From Eledone cirrhosa (lineage: Eukaryota), in assembly GCA_964016885.1 (NCBI GenBank), contig OZ024740.1, positions 135,842,001 through 135,906,000 of the forward strand: a stretch of DNA of 64,000 nucleotides, read 5' to 3'. A program made the translations under genes and the position numbers. Positions 40,029-51,684 of this stretch are shown here, piece after piece. The first letter of the stretch is position 1. Every line of letters starts with the position of its first letter. The notes under the pieces are model-generated. The model searched no databases and was not told the origin of the DNA. It was given only the letters and a program-made list of their open reading frames with translations.

Positions 40029-40067
40029 TGAACCTGAGGATTGCGAAAGCATGAAAGTACTTGTTCA
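40029..40067 (+). ncRNA. Minimal type I hammerhead motif (right arm)
   Basis: Stem I TGAAC/GTTCA; CTGAGGA; stem II TGC-GAAA-GCA closed by U.U; GAAA; palindromic AGTACT stem III; CUU triplet ending at 40062. Confidence 0.65.
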
Positions 40068-40246
40068 ATTAACACTTAGAATTTAATATTCTATCATACT
40101 ATTTCATTATAATACCATTATAAATTTTAAAGGATTGTAAATTAAACGAGTAAATCAGACAAAGTTGGAATTCCTCTTATTAATATAATCTTCTATACAC
40201 AATCATACACCCCCGTGTATATTTACCTATCTATCTATATATATAT

Positions 40247-42376
40247 ATGGGACCAATCTCGGCTGATGAGATCGGAGATGCGCTGAGCCAATGCAGCAGA
40301 CGCAAATCTCCAGGTCTCGATGGTATATCTTACGAACTTTATTTAGCAATGCCGGTCTTCTTCTCCGAACTCCTCGAAGCGGTCTACTGCAATTGGAAGC
40401 AGAACGGGAGAATTCCTTGTTCTGTAGCCAAGGGCGTAGTCACGCTGGTGAGGAAGGACGAGAACAAGGGAGATAGTATAAATAATTTTCGGCCCATAAC
40501 CCTGCTAAACACAGAGTTAAAGATTTTGGCCAAGGTGTTAGCAAAGAGGTTGGCGCTTGTTGTGGGTGGCCTGGTGGGAGATGCGCAGACATGTGCTATC
40601 CCATCCAGGTCCATTCACGATAACCTCCACCTCATGCGATACATCATAGAGAGGGTTGGCAACAAACCCGGCTTCGGTGGGGCCCTGATCAACTTGGATC
40701 AGTCTAAGGCCTTCGATAGGGTCGACCATGGTTACCTGGATGCGGTGCTAGCGGCGACTGGGTTCGGTCCTGTTTTCAGAGGCTGGATCACTGCCTTACA
40801 TAGCAACCACATCTGTTCTAGGATCAAGGTGAACGGCTACCTTTCGAAGCCGTTCGAAATCACACGATCCATTCGACAGGGGTGCCCTCTCTCCTCCCTT
40901 CTGTACGTATTGACTCTCGAGCCTTTACTGAGGAAGTTGGAGTTGTTGCAGGGTATCCCCCTGGAACCAGGATTGAGCAAAGCGGTGTCGGCCTACGCCG
41001 ATGACGTAACAGTAATGGTATCGACCGACTCGGAGATCGAGGCGATCGGTACCTTACTGGAGGAGTACGAAAGGTTGTCAGGAGCGAAACTGAACCGGGA
41101 AAAATCCATCGGGCTGCAACTCGGAACGTGGAGAGGCAGACCGATGCCTCCTGACGGTGTCGTCGGACACTGGACGGAGGGCCCGGTAAAGTTGCTTGGG
41201 GTCTGGTTTGGACCGGACCTCCAGGTGGAAAAGAACTGGAACGAGGTTACGAACAAGGTGTTTGCACTAACCCAGAAATGGGCCAAGTGTAAGCTGTTCC
41301 TAAAAGGCCGGGCGGAGGTGGCGAACATTTACATAGCGTCCGTCACTTACTACCGCCTGACTGTCGTGCCTTGCTCTAAGGAAACACTCACCACCATGGA
41401 ACGCATGCTCTTCCAATTTCTTTGGAAGAAACGCCCTCCTATGGTGAGAAGATCCATCTGCTGCCAACAACCTTCGAAAGGAGGGCTGGGGATGCCGTGG
41501 TTGATGATGCGTAGGCACGCATTAAGGCTACGGCACCTACAGGTATTCCTCACTGGTCAACCGGTGTGGGCTCCGTTCGTGAAACGAGCCTTTCCCAGAC
41601 TCGTCTCGCTCACCGAGCTACAGTCCTGGGTCAAGAAAAGATCCGGAAAACTGGGAGACTGGCACACTGAGTGTGCTCAGGCGCTCAGGGCTCTCTGGCA
41701 AGCGGGCCAGGCCATCGGTGGAGAATCCACCTCATCATTCTATAGAGGGCTGGTGGCTAGCAGGGGCGATGACACCCTTGGAGAGTCGCTGGACATGGAA
41801 GAAGACGAACTGGCCAGCCTGTTCGGTAGGACTTTCGGCCCAGGACCAATGGACAACTTCCAGAAGTCACTGGCCTGGCAGTGCTACTGGGGGGCTCTAC
41901 CCGTTCGAGAGAGGCTCTACAGACACGGGCGCCCGGGCAGGGATCCCTCAAAAAAGATTTGCCCTAGATGCGTGCGTCACGAAGAAACCGTTGCGCACGC
42001 ATTGGTGCAATGTCCGGGCGTGGCTGATCTGTGGGGCTACGCCGAACGACTGCTGTCGCGGGTGGCGCCGATTAAATTGACCGCCGAGTCCGTGATGACA
42101 ATCAAACCGCCTCCCCTTTTCACAAAGGAAGCAAAGGCGGTTTTTCTGTGCGTAATAGCCATGTTGAAAGAGGTTGTTTGGTGGACACGATTGAAAGGTC
42201 TGAGGTCAGGCAACTTCCTCTCTGGCCATAGTCTGGTCTACTTCTTCCGATATCACTTCGGAAGAAGGATAAGAATGGAGAGAGAGGTGCTTGGCCACAG
42301 GCAGTTTTATGAAAGGTGGGTGATAGTGGCGAGAATGGCTCGTGTAAATGGGCCTTCTCTATATACCATCCTGTAG
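40247..42376 (+). CDS. L1/Tx1-clade ORF2, RT plus CCHC zinc finger, 5'-truncated
   Basis: KSPGLDG, FRPITLLN, KAFDRVDH, RQGCPLS, YADD, KGGLG, CPRC-x8-H-x4-C; 709 aa with no stops; the ATG is created by the (TA)n junction. Confidence 0.93.
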   Translation: MGPISADEIGDALSQCSRRKSPGLDGISYELYLAMPVFFSELLEAVYCNWKQNGRIPCSVAKGVVTLVRKDENKGDSINNFRPITLLNTELKILAKVLAKRLALVVGGLVGDAQTCAIPSRSIHDNLHLMRYIIERVGNKPGFGGALINLDQSKAFDRVDHGYLDAVLAATGFGPVFRGWITALHSNHICSRIKVNGYLSKPFEITRSIRQGCPLSSLLYVLTLEPLLRKLELLQGIPLEPGLSKAVSAYADDVTVMVSTDSEIEAIGTLLEEYERLSGAKLNREKSIGLQLGTWRGRPMPPDGVVGHWTEGPVKLLGVWFGPDLQVEKNWNEVTNKVFALTQKWAKCKLFLKGRAEVANIYIASVTYYRLTVVPCSKETLTTMERMLFQFLWKKRPPMVRRSICCQQPSKGGLGMPWLMMRRHALRLRHLQVFLTGQPVWAPFVKRAFPRLVSLTELQSWVKKRSGKLGDWHTECAQALRALWQAGQAIGGESTSSFYRGLVASRGDDTLGESLDMEEDELASLFGRTFGPGPMDNFQKSLAWQCYWGALPVRERLYRHGRPGRDPSKKICPRCVRHEETVAHALVQCPGVADLWGYAERLLSRVAPIKLTAESVMTIKPPPLFTKEAKAVFLCVIAMLKEVVWWTRLKGLRSGNFLSGHSLVYFFRYHFGRRIRMEREVLGHRQFYERWVIVARMARVNGPSLYTIL

Positions 42377-42593
42377 GTAAAGAAGTAAAGGAGAGGGGAG
42401 CACCTTCTCCATGTGCTCCCCGGGCAAAGGATTGCACACTTTTTCGGGGGTGTGTGCAACCCCCATCACGTCCCCTCCCTTTTGAGGTTATTTTCGATTA
42501 TTTTCATGTTACACCCTTTTTACTCGATTATATGTAAACTCCCCCTTTGTATTTGTCCCTTCTTTTTATGCCTTTATGGTAAATAAAGAAATA
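40249..42593 (+). mobile_element. Young 5'-truncated L1/Tx1-type LINE in (TA)n
   Basis: Intact ORF, 3' UTR with AATAAA at 42582-42587, candidate TSD TATCTATATATATATAT at 40232-40248 and 42594-42610. Confidence 0.9.
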
Positions 42594-43042
42594 TATCTAT
42601 ATATATATATATATATATATATTACAGCCAGGGACTTTTTGACGTTAAACGTGCTCGACCGGCATACGAGAGATACGTTGTTCGATTCCCCGTAGGCATC
42701 CCTGTGTGCACTTTCCAGTTTCCGGTGTACTTTACGTGATTTTATTCAACTATTATTTATTGCTATCAATTATTATTATTAGAGTGGGATACACTGGGTA
42801 ATTGCTGGCCTTGTGCCAAAAGTAGAAACAATTATTATTAGAGTGGTGGATTGGCAGTATTGGTAGAACGTCGGACAACATGCTTTGCAGCATAGAGTTA
42901 AGTTACGGCCCTTTGCACTCTGAGTTCAAATCCTGCCGATGTTAGCTTTTCATCCTTACGCACTTCCATCCAGAAGTCACTGGGGTCAATTTAATAGACT
43001 TTCCCGTCCCCCAAAATTGTGCCTAAATCAGCAATCATTATT

Positions 43043-43262
43043 AGGGTGGTGGATTGGCAAAATCATTAGAGCATCGGACAAAATGCTTTCAGTTATTTGT
43101 TCCGGGTCTCTATATTCTGAGCTCGAATCCCACTATTATCAACCTTGCCTTTCACCCTTCCGAGGTCGATAAAATAAAGTACCAGCGAAGTACTCTGGTC
43201 AATTTAATCGACTTTCTCCTCTCACCTGAATTGCTAGCATTGTGCCAATATAGAAACAACTA
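43043..43262 (+). mobile_element. Older family A-related SINE
   Basis: A/B boxes, core CCTTTCACCCTTCCGAGGTCGATAAAATAAAGTACCAG and tail. Confidence 0.8.
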
Positions 43263-43263
43263 T

Positions 43264-43347
<84 letters not shown>

Positions 43348-43891
43348 GAGTTACTTCACCATAATTGCTAAAGCAATATATATATGTATATACATTCAAA
43401 AAATGACCTTTAAGCTTCACTGTGTGGCTAATTACAACTTTATATTCACAGAACCCATATTCTGTTTAACCACATCGTACAATAAGGAATTCCTTTCATT
43501 AACTGAAATTACAGCGCAAATAAAATCGATCCATATCAGTTAATTTTCTGGGTTTACATTCTGCTACGATTAAAAGAATATGATAATCCTCTTTTCTGGC
43601 CCTCGTTTATACATGTATAAGCGATTACTCATTCTAGGTAATCCTCTTGAAATAAATCGTGAAGGAACTGCTTCTGATTCGTATGAAACAGTCTATCTGT
43701 AATATATGATCAGTCTCTTGTCTTTTCATCTGGAAAAATTGTCGGCTTAATCTTGTTCAAGATTGATTTGTGTGAGTTCAAGTCTTCCAAAGAACTTTGA
43801 GTAAGCAAAGCCATTCCAATGTATATTTTATCGGAAGTTTCTGAGATCAGTAGATTTATGAGAAATTCAATCTTTGCATTTCATCCAACAA

Positions 43892-44571
43892 TCAGGGCCG
43901 GCGTTACTATTAAGGTCAACTAAACACGTGGCGTAGTGGTTAGAGAGTTGGATTCGTGAGGTTGCGAGTTCAATTCTCGGACCGGGGGATGCGTTGTGTC
44001 AATGAGCAACACACTTTGTTTCTCGTTGTTCCTTGTGCCAGAAGTTGCAACCGGTAGATAGTATCAGCAACGGAAAGACCTATGGAAACATTGTTTCCTT
44101 GGTCTGATTTGACGAGGTCCAGCCCACTCGGCGAGCGAATGAGGTCTGGGATCTTGTCGATCGATCAGAGCGAGAAAGTCAGCCATCAGTCCACAGACAT
44201 TAGAGAGTCGCATTCCTGAATCTTAAAGGATCACAATTTTTTTTACAAATTTGTATAATTTTAATTAAATATATAATAATTTCCTACAATCAATAAATAA
44301 ATCGCTAAACATTTTCGACTAGTAAAGCAGCGGAGGTTTTAAGACATGTCATTTTATTTGGTGTGGATGAATGAGGACCGTGTAGTGGAAAATGCAGGCA
44401 AAATAATTTTCTTAGAGTGATAAGAGAAAGAAGTGTCGAAAACGAGGTTTGTCGGTTTACCAAACAGTAAGTTTAAATTATTTTATTTGGAAGAATAAAG
44501 CGCATGATTGGGAGAAGGTGTCGCATATTGTAAATATGCTTAGGACGCTAAATACCCAAACGCCGTCTTTG
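43892..44571 (+). mobile_element. hAT-like MITE interrupted by a CORE SINE
   Basis: Starts CAGGGCCGGCGT and ends ACGCCGTCTTTG; homologous to 55843-56190(+), 47420-47670(-) and 53940-54118(-). Confidence 0.55.
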
Positions 44572-44598
44572 TTGACAGTAAAATAAAATAAAAACTAA

Positions 44599-45016
44599 TC
44601 TAAACTATAATAAAGTAAGACGTGCGGGACTGCGTCCAGAATATATATTTGTTTATCCCGTTTGTGAAATAAGTTGGATTACTTTGAATAAATAATGAAT
44701 GAGTATTAGATAATTTATCTACTAAATTTCGTTATTTTTTTTTATTAGATATAAATAATTTTGTTGCTTACTTTAAAATTCACTTCTTTAAAATTTTCAA
44801 ATGTCAACACTTCCGATAGTTAATATATAATATCGTCTTTATTTAATGTACCTTGGATTACTTTACTGATTACATAAGACAGTGTTACGCAGTCTTCGTT
44901 CAATTTCTGTTTTATTTGATGTATCATATCTACATGCATATATACTTGCGTATAATATCAATATGCACACTACACATGCTAGCAGAAAACCACCCGAAGG
45001 GTGGTTTTTCTGCTAG
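44599..45016 (+). mobile_element. Non-autonomous Helitron H1, copy a
   Basis: A|TC 5' end; 3' hairpin AAAACCACCC-GAA-GGGTGGTTTT followed by CTAG. Confidence 0.85.
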
Positions 45017-45599
45017 TCTATAATATAATAAAGGGAGGAGTGCAGGACAGCGTCCGTTTTATAATTTTTTATCCCGTTAGTAAAATAAGTTGGATTACTT
45101 TGAATAAATAATGAATGAATATTATGTAATTTATCTAGCAAATTTCGTAGCTCTTGATTAAACATAAACATTCTTATATATAAAGTATTGTTTATTTTAA
45201 GATTCACTTCTTTAACATTTTCAAATGTCAACACTTCCGGTTAGCGTCCGTTATAATATAACGCTTATTACATCGCTTCAAACGTTTATATATTTGCATC
45301 GTTATATAAGCTTTATATTTAGGTCACTAATTTTCTACTTTTTCGTTTTCTTAACATTTTAATTTATTATATATACAGTTTATATATATTATTGTCTTTT
45401 TTTTAATGAATCATGGATTACTTTACTAATTACAGAAGATAATGTAACACAGACTTCGTTCAATTTCTGTGCATATTGTCAATTACGATTTAATTTGACA
45501 TATATCTACATGCATATATATATATATATTTGCGTATAATATCAATATGCACACAACACATGCCAGCAGAAAACCACTCTTCGGGTGGTTTTCTGCTAG
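45017..45599 (+). mobile_element. Non-autonomous Helitron H1, copy b (head-to-tail with copy a)
   Basis: TC start directly after the CTAG of copy a; same internal blocks; hairpin and CTAG|T end. Confidence 0.85.
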
Positions 45600-45604
45600 T
45601 TATT

Positions 45605-45830
45605 GATAATAGTTTCTAATTTAGGAACAAGCCCAACGATTTGGGGGAGAAGGGGAAAGTAGATTATAATAATTTTAGTATTTTACTGGTATTTTATTTT
45701 TACCTACCCACGAAAGATGAAAAGGAGAGTTGACCTTCGAAGTATTTGAACTCAGAACGTTATGGGCCGTCACTAAATACTGCAAAACATTTTGACCGAC
45801 GCTCTAACGATTCAGCCAATCCACTACCCT
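45605..45830 (-). mobile_element. Older family A-related SINE
   Basis: Antisense core, B-box (TTTGAACTC) and head. Confidence 0.7.
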
Positions 45831-48821
45831 CAACTCTGAATTAATAATACATATTTCTACACAACTACAGAAATGTATCTTTCACAAAAAAAAAAAGAAC
45901 GTATAAGCTTAGTCTTTCAATAAAATATACTTGCAGTATATGAAATGTATATGGCAAGTCTTCAAAATAATATAAAATATTGAAGATCAGCTGTTCCTTG
46001 TTGCTAACATTCTACAGCGAAACGCAGTCGGCGATCAATTTTCTTCAGTTGATATTGTTCTCGTAGTCGTTGAAGAATTCTTCGAATCCGTCTTTGTGGT
46101 GAACTTCGGCAAGTGATTAATTTAATATGAGATAGAGCGTTATGCATCATGCATGAGAGTCAGGATCTAATTGTAAAGGATAATGGAGATAATTGAAGAT
46201 GTTGTTCTGAGGTTGATTAGCGAAGTGGTTTCTTATTGATTTGTCCAGGTCTGTAAGAGGACTTGAATGTAGTTGTACTTGAAGATAATAGAAAGTTCAT
46301 TAATTATTAAGAACTACTGCTTTTTGCAGCTGTGAGCTGTACCGAAACTTGGGGCACATTTATCGAGTTAAGTACCCTGGCCATGATTAGAGTGCAGGGC
46401 CATTGACAGAATACAAACTTTTGACTCTTTCCTCAGTCGGTTATCTGATACCTCAGTGACTCGAGTAACTACGACCTCTGCTACACCCCGCTGCAACTGC
46501 ACATCATTAGACAACTATATTATTATAACGCTAAGATTCGAATCTGACACCAAATAAGACAATGTGCCTTGTATGTATATATATTTCGATTGTTTTTTGG
46601 TACACAGGTGAGTAAGGTGGCGACTTGGCAGAGTTGTTAGAACGTCGGATAGAATGTTTTGCGGCATTCATTTCGGCCCCCCTGCGTTCTGAGTTCAAAT
46701 TATACCGAAATAAACTTGGCTTTTCATCCTTTCGAAGTCAATGAAAAAGTTCCAGCCAAGCACAGGGGTTGTTTCCTCCGCTATATCTCTTTCTCACTTC
46801 CTCTATCTTTTGGAAAACATCGGCTGTGTTTAGACGTTAAGAGATGATGAATCTCGCCAGGTTTAAAGTGCTCATGATACGCTCTATATCATGACGGTTC
46901 CCCCATGACTCCGCCAGGAGTTATGGGTCCATACATACAAAAGTGTGTAACATTCATATCTAAGGGAAATTACTACAGCTTGTTTTCTAGTCTAACATTC
47001 TTTAAATAAATAGTATAATCTTTAAAATAAATAAAAAATACATTCGATTTTATTTTATATCTTGGAGATAATTTTAGATATATCTTTTTTAAAATATTGG
47101 AGATTTTTCTCTGCATTGATTAAAAGCAAGCTTAGATTTAACTGTCAAAACCTATAAGAAAATTTGGTCGGGAGAAATGGAGGTCCAAAATTTCGTGTTG
47201 GAATGGAAACTTTAAAAAAAAAAATACATTTTCATGAAATTTCATATTATGACATTTTTGGAACCAATTCAATAATGAAATTGCTCTGGCAAGGACCTTC
47301 ATCAGTTTCGACGATTAATGTTCCACCGTTTTCGATCAACGGAAAAGCCTGCTCATTAAATTAATGTGCAACTGGCTGAGCATTCCACAGATACGTAACG
47401 TAATTTTCAGTGAGATTCAGCACTCAACCACGTCAAATCATGTGACAGGTGATAATACAATAAAACCCTCTCCTTCGTTTCGACTATTTCCACAATACTA
47501 CTAGGTAGCAAGCATACTTAGCGATTTATTTTTTGATCGCAAGAATTTATTACATATTCAATTTATACAAATTTGTATAAAACTATGATCCTTTAAGGTT
47601 CAGCAATGCGCCTATCTGATGACTGGGACCTAGGCGGCTGCCTAGTTAACCTTAATGGTAGTGCCGATCCTAGGAGTAGTAGTAATCAAAGCATTATTGT
47701 TACAGTAACTCACAGTGATAAAGTATTTAATGTATACATGTAAAGACATGTAACACCCGATGGAGTCGTTCGGGTGCCATCTTGGGCATTAAAACCTGGC
47801 GGAACCCATCCCTCTCCAGGTGTGAACACAGCTGATTTCTTTCAGAGGATAGAAGGGGGAGAGTAAGAAAGAGATATAGAAGAAGAATTGACTCTAGTAC
47901 TGGGCTGGCACCTTTTTTTTATCGATCTCCAAAGGATGAAAGGCGAAGTTGACCCCGGCGGGATTTGAACTCACATCGCAGAGAGCTGGAACGAATACCT
48001 CAATGCATTCTATCAGCCGTTATAACGACTCTGTTTATTCACTGCCACATATTCAACGTAGTAATAGCAATGAAGCCTAACTCTATTCCTAGATAAAGCA
48101 AAAATAATCAGGGATAATTGTAGGTTCACTTGTCTAAGGGAACAATAATTATTTATACAGTTCTCTTTCATTTCAAGCGTTTATTTACAATTTTCCCGTA
48201 AATATATATTTCTTGATCAGTAAATATTTAAGTTAGAAAGTAGGTTGGTGTCAAATTATATAATTTGGAATAATAATATAATTTGGACTAATAATATAAT
48301 TTGGCCCAGCATATAATGACATAATTTGAATTTAGATGTTTTTTATCGGTATTTAACATGGACGGTAATATGCGATGACAATAACTGAAATATTTCACTC
48401 TAATATTTCATTTCATTCACCTCATTTCTGGGTTCAAAACACCCAGAGCTTGACTGTTTATTTCGATATCAATAAAATAAATATTAATCACACTATCCGA
48501 CAAATAAAAAAATTATAACTATTGAGTAACTCTTATCATTATTTCAAATCCACTCGGCCCTTGTGGCCAATGAATGAAATCATTATTTCAAATCCACTGA
48601 GGGTTATGGATTGGCAGAATTGGTAGAACGCCGGACAAAATGCATTTGCGGTATTTCTTCTTGCTCTTTACGTTCTGTGTTCCCGCCGAAGTCAACTTTG
48701 ACTTTCACCTTCTGGGGTCGATAAAATAAAGTACCAGTCAAATATTGTGGTTGATATAATCGACTTTTCCTTGTACCCAAATTGGTAATTAGAAACCATT
48801 ATATGAAATTTACAGAAATTT

Positions 48822-49010
48822 AAGGGCGGTGGATTGGCAGTATCGGTAGAGGGTCGGACGCCATGCTTTGACGCATAGAGTTACGGCCCTTGTCATTCTG
48901 AGTTCAAATCCCGCCGAGGTTAACTTTGCCTTTCATCCTTACGGGGTCGATAAAATAAAGTACCAGTAATACACTGGGTAATTGCTGGCCTTGTGCCTAA
49001 AGTAGAAACA
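48822..49010 (+). mobile_element. Young full-length family A SINE with 20-bp TSD
   Basis: ATTATATGAAATTTACAGAA at 48798-48817 and 49011-49030; CpGs intact. Confidence 0.93.
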
Positions 49011-49185
49011 ATTATATGAAATTTACAGAATCTGTTTCATTTTACATTCACCCATACATTTTCTGATTCTATTTTAATTAATGATTTTATACATATGGGA
49101 GAGTGTATATATATATATATTGTACATAATATACGGCAGTGTATATTATAAAATAGTTAGACCATATGATTTTATTTTATTTTAT

Positions 49186-49351
49186 CAGACCTGTCAACAC
49201 TCCCCGTCAGACGGTAAGATCTCACACCCACTTTGAGGTAGGTGAGAGATGACTTCTCTGGTGAAAATGGGTATAGCTTTCATTATGTAAAATCTCCCCA
49301 TATAGGGGAATTTTTTTTCATCGTTTGGGTTTTTAGAGCTTGACAGGTCTG
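49186..49351. mobile_element. Short TIR element (CAGACCTGTCAA...TTGACAGGTCTG)
   Basis: 12-bp perfect TIR; homologous copies at about 55576-55760 and 62250-62411; no clear TSD. Confidence 0.75.
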
Positions 49352-50019
49352 TAATATGATGACAAAACGAAAGCGAGAAAAAAAGAAAAAAGAGAAATGG
49401 GGAGGGTGAAAGTTTACACACTTGGTTGGGCAGTATATCTCAGCTGCAGACTGCATTACCGCAGAGAAAAGCCAACGATACCTTTTGCGTCAGTTACTCC
49501 AACTCCAGGAGCTCCTTCCTTGGGTGTGATGCCCTCGTTCCGGATTTGGAGGAAGAAAATGACACTCAGGAGACTGAGGACATGAGAGGTTTCAATGGTA
49601 AAACGATGAATTGTAATTTAATCAAAGCAATTTGAACAACCTCTCGCCAGTTTGTCTAAAGTTTGTTTAAAGATGTTTGTTATTGTTTGTTTGTAAATAT
49701 CGTAATGTATATTATATAATTGTCTAACTAGAGACTAATGTATAGTATATGTAAGAATGACACTGTCAAGTTCTGCTACATTTATGGTGAACTGACTTTA
49801 TTAAGTACCAAAGGGATGTTACAGACTACGTTAAGAATAAATGTTGTGTTTGCTTTGGATGTGATCAAGACAATATATGGTCGCCACATGTCTGTTGCTC
49901 CAACTGTAGTAACAACCTTAAAAAGAGGTTTCCAACTGGGAAAATATCTATGAGATATACTGTGGGATGAAAAAGTGAATCATAACATGTATTGTTATTT
50001 CTGCACGTTTAAGATAGCA

Positions 50020-50150
<131 letters not shown>

Positions 50151-51684
50151 AGTACGCATGCAGACATATAGACACACACAGTCGCATATTTTTTTTACTC
50201 AATTTTGCATCCTGTTATTCCCTATTCTGCTCACATACTGATACTGTCTTTATATCTTCATGTTAATAACTTCAGTGATATATCGTGTCGTAAAAAAAAA
50301 AAAAATAGACCCAAGTCTTCACTCAATAGAGCTTGCAGTGTTGCGGGGGATTTAAACTTGACTAAGAACATCGAATAGCTAGTATTGCCCTTAGCAGTGA
50401 AATTTAATGGACACAGAAACTAAGTTTACTCACTATCACCAAAGATTGCAATATCCATTCACCATTCAAAGCTACCCATTAAATCCACGTTGCCTCATAT
50501 TTAAAAAAAGGGTTAATGTCAAAACCAGTCGGATATCATTTATATTAAATAGAATTTCAGGTTTGGAAATGAGACCCTAAGCTATAACTATATGAGACCC
50601 TAAGTTATAACTATATGAAATTTGAGGCCCTTTTCTACAGAAATTTAGGTAAAAATAATTAAAATAATTATACATGATTATTATTTATTAATGACTACAA
50701 CATTATATATATATATATTAAAAAAAATAGAGGTGTGACACACGAGTTGTGATATATTAGTAAAAAGGAAAAGAAAATGCTGACAAATTTTTCCCAGTGA
50801 AAAATAGTTTAATTAGGATTAAGTATAAATTAGTAATAAGTATTGGTTAGCATTCAGTTTTAGTTTTAAGTTTTTACCGGTTGCGCATTTCTAATGCTTT
50901 TCAAAAATAATTTTGAGATATATATGTAAAAGGTAAGCAGAAATAACAACACAATCGGTACAGTATATGGAAGGAATATATTAGGTTAACACTTGAAATA
51001 GCAGGAAGAGGGTCTTAATGTTTCGAACGAATTTTTGATGATTTAGTGTCAAAGAAGAAAAGCTAATGATAAAATTATAAAAATATATTTTTAAAATCAA
51101 TAGGCCCCCGTGGGTGTGTGGCCTTAAGCTATAGTTTATTTAGCTTATAGGTAAGTCAAGCACTGTAGAATTCATTATGTCAATGCTAGTTGGTATATGT
51201 GTGCAGATTTAAATGTTATGGCCATTTTAACAATAGTAGAGATGGGTCAAACAAAGTACTGACGTTTCTTGTGTTTGTAGGATTCACAAGCTCGTACTAA
51301 ACACTACATATGCAAAGATTGCCCACGAATAAAAATCATAATACCAAATACTCTTCACTAGTGAGGAATATTTAATATTTTTCTTCCATTACATATTAAG
51401 TTAAGCCACTTCATCAAGGCTCTAGTTAATTTATTAGTTTACTTCAAAACTATAGATGCTTGAGATGCAAAATATCACGAATAATTCATTTTCTGGATTC
51501 TCACTTGTCTCTTAATTCTCTCGAAGAGATAATATATCAAGATAAATGGTCAAAGGCAATGTTTGCTGAGTAAATAATACAAAGTAACAGTCCTAGTCAG
51601 AGTTTACATGCCGTATACGTGTTAAACGTAAATATATGTGTGTGCGTGTGTGTGTGTGTGCGTGTGTGTGTATATATATATATA

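Larger units (their letters stand above)
39804..40180. repeat. 377-bp near-perfect palindrome (inverted Penelope-like pLTR candidate)
   Basis: 188-bp arms, 1-nt centre at 39992, three mismatches seen (within 39958-39961 vs 40023-40026); sits in (TA)n. Confidence 0.95.

Noticed and set aside
45990-46300. Coding-looking minus-strand stretch
   Set aside because: No ORF of 60 aa or more and no recognisable motif.
47280-47315. CTGATGA on the minus strand next to GAAAC
   Set aside because: No stem II/GAAA downstream in the required order with matching stems.
50870-51165. Possible hAT dimerisation-domain remnant with terminal repeat
   Set aside because: Frames too broken to support a feature call.
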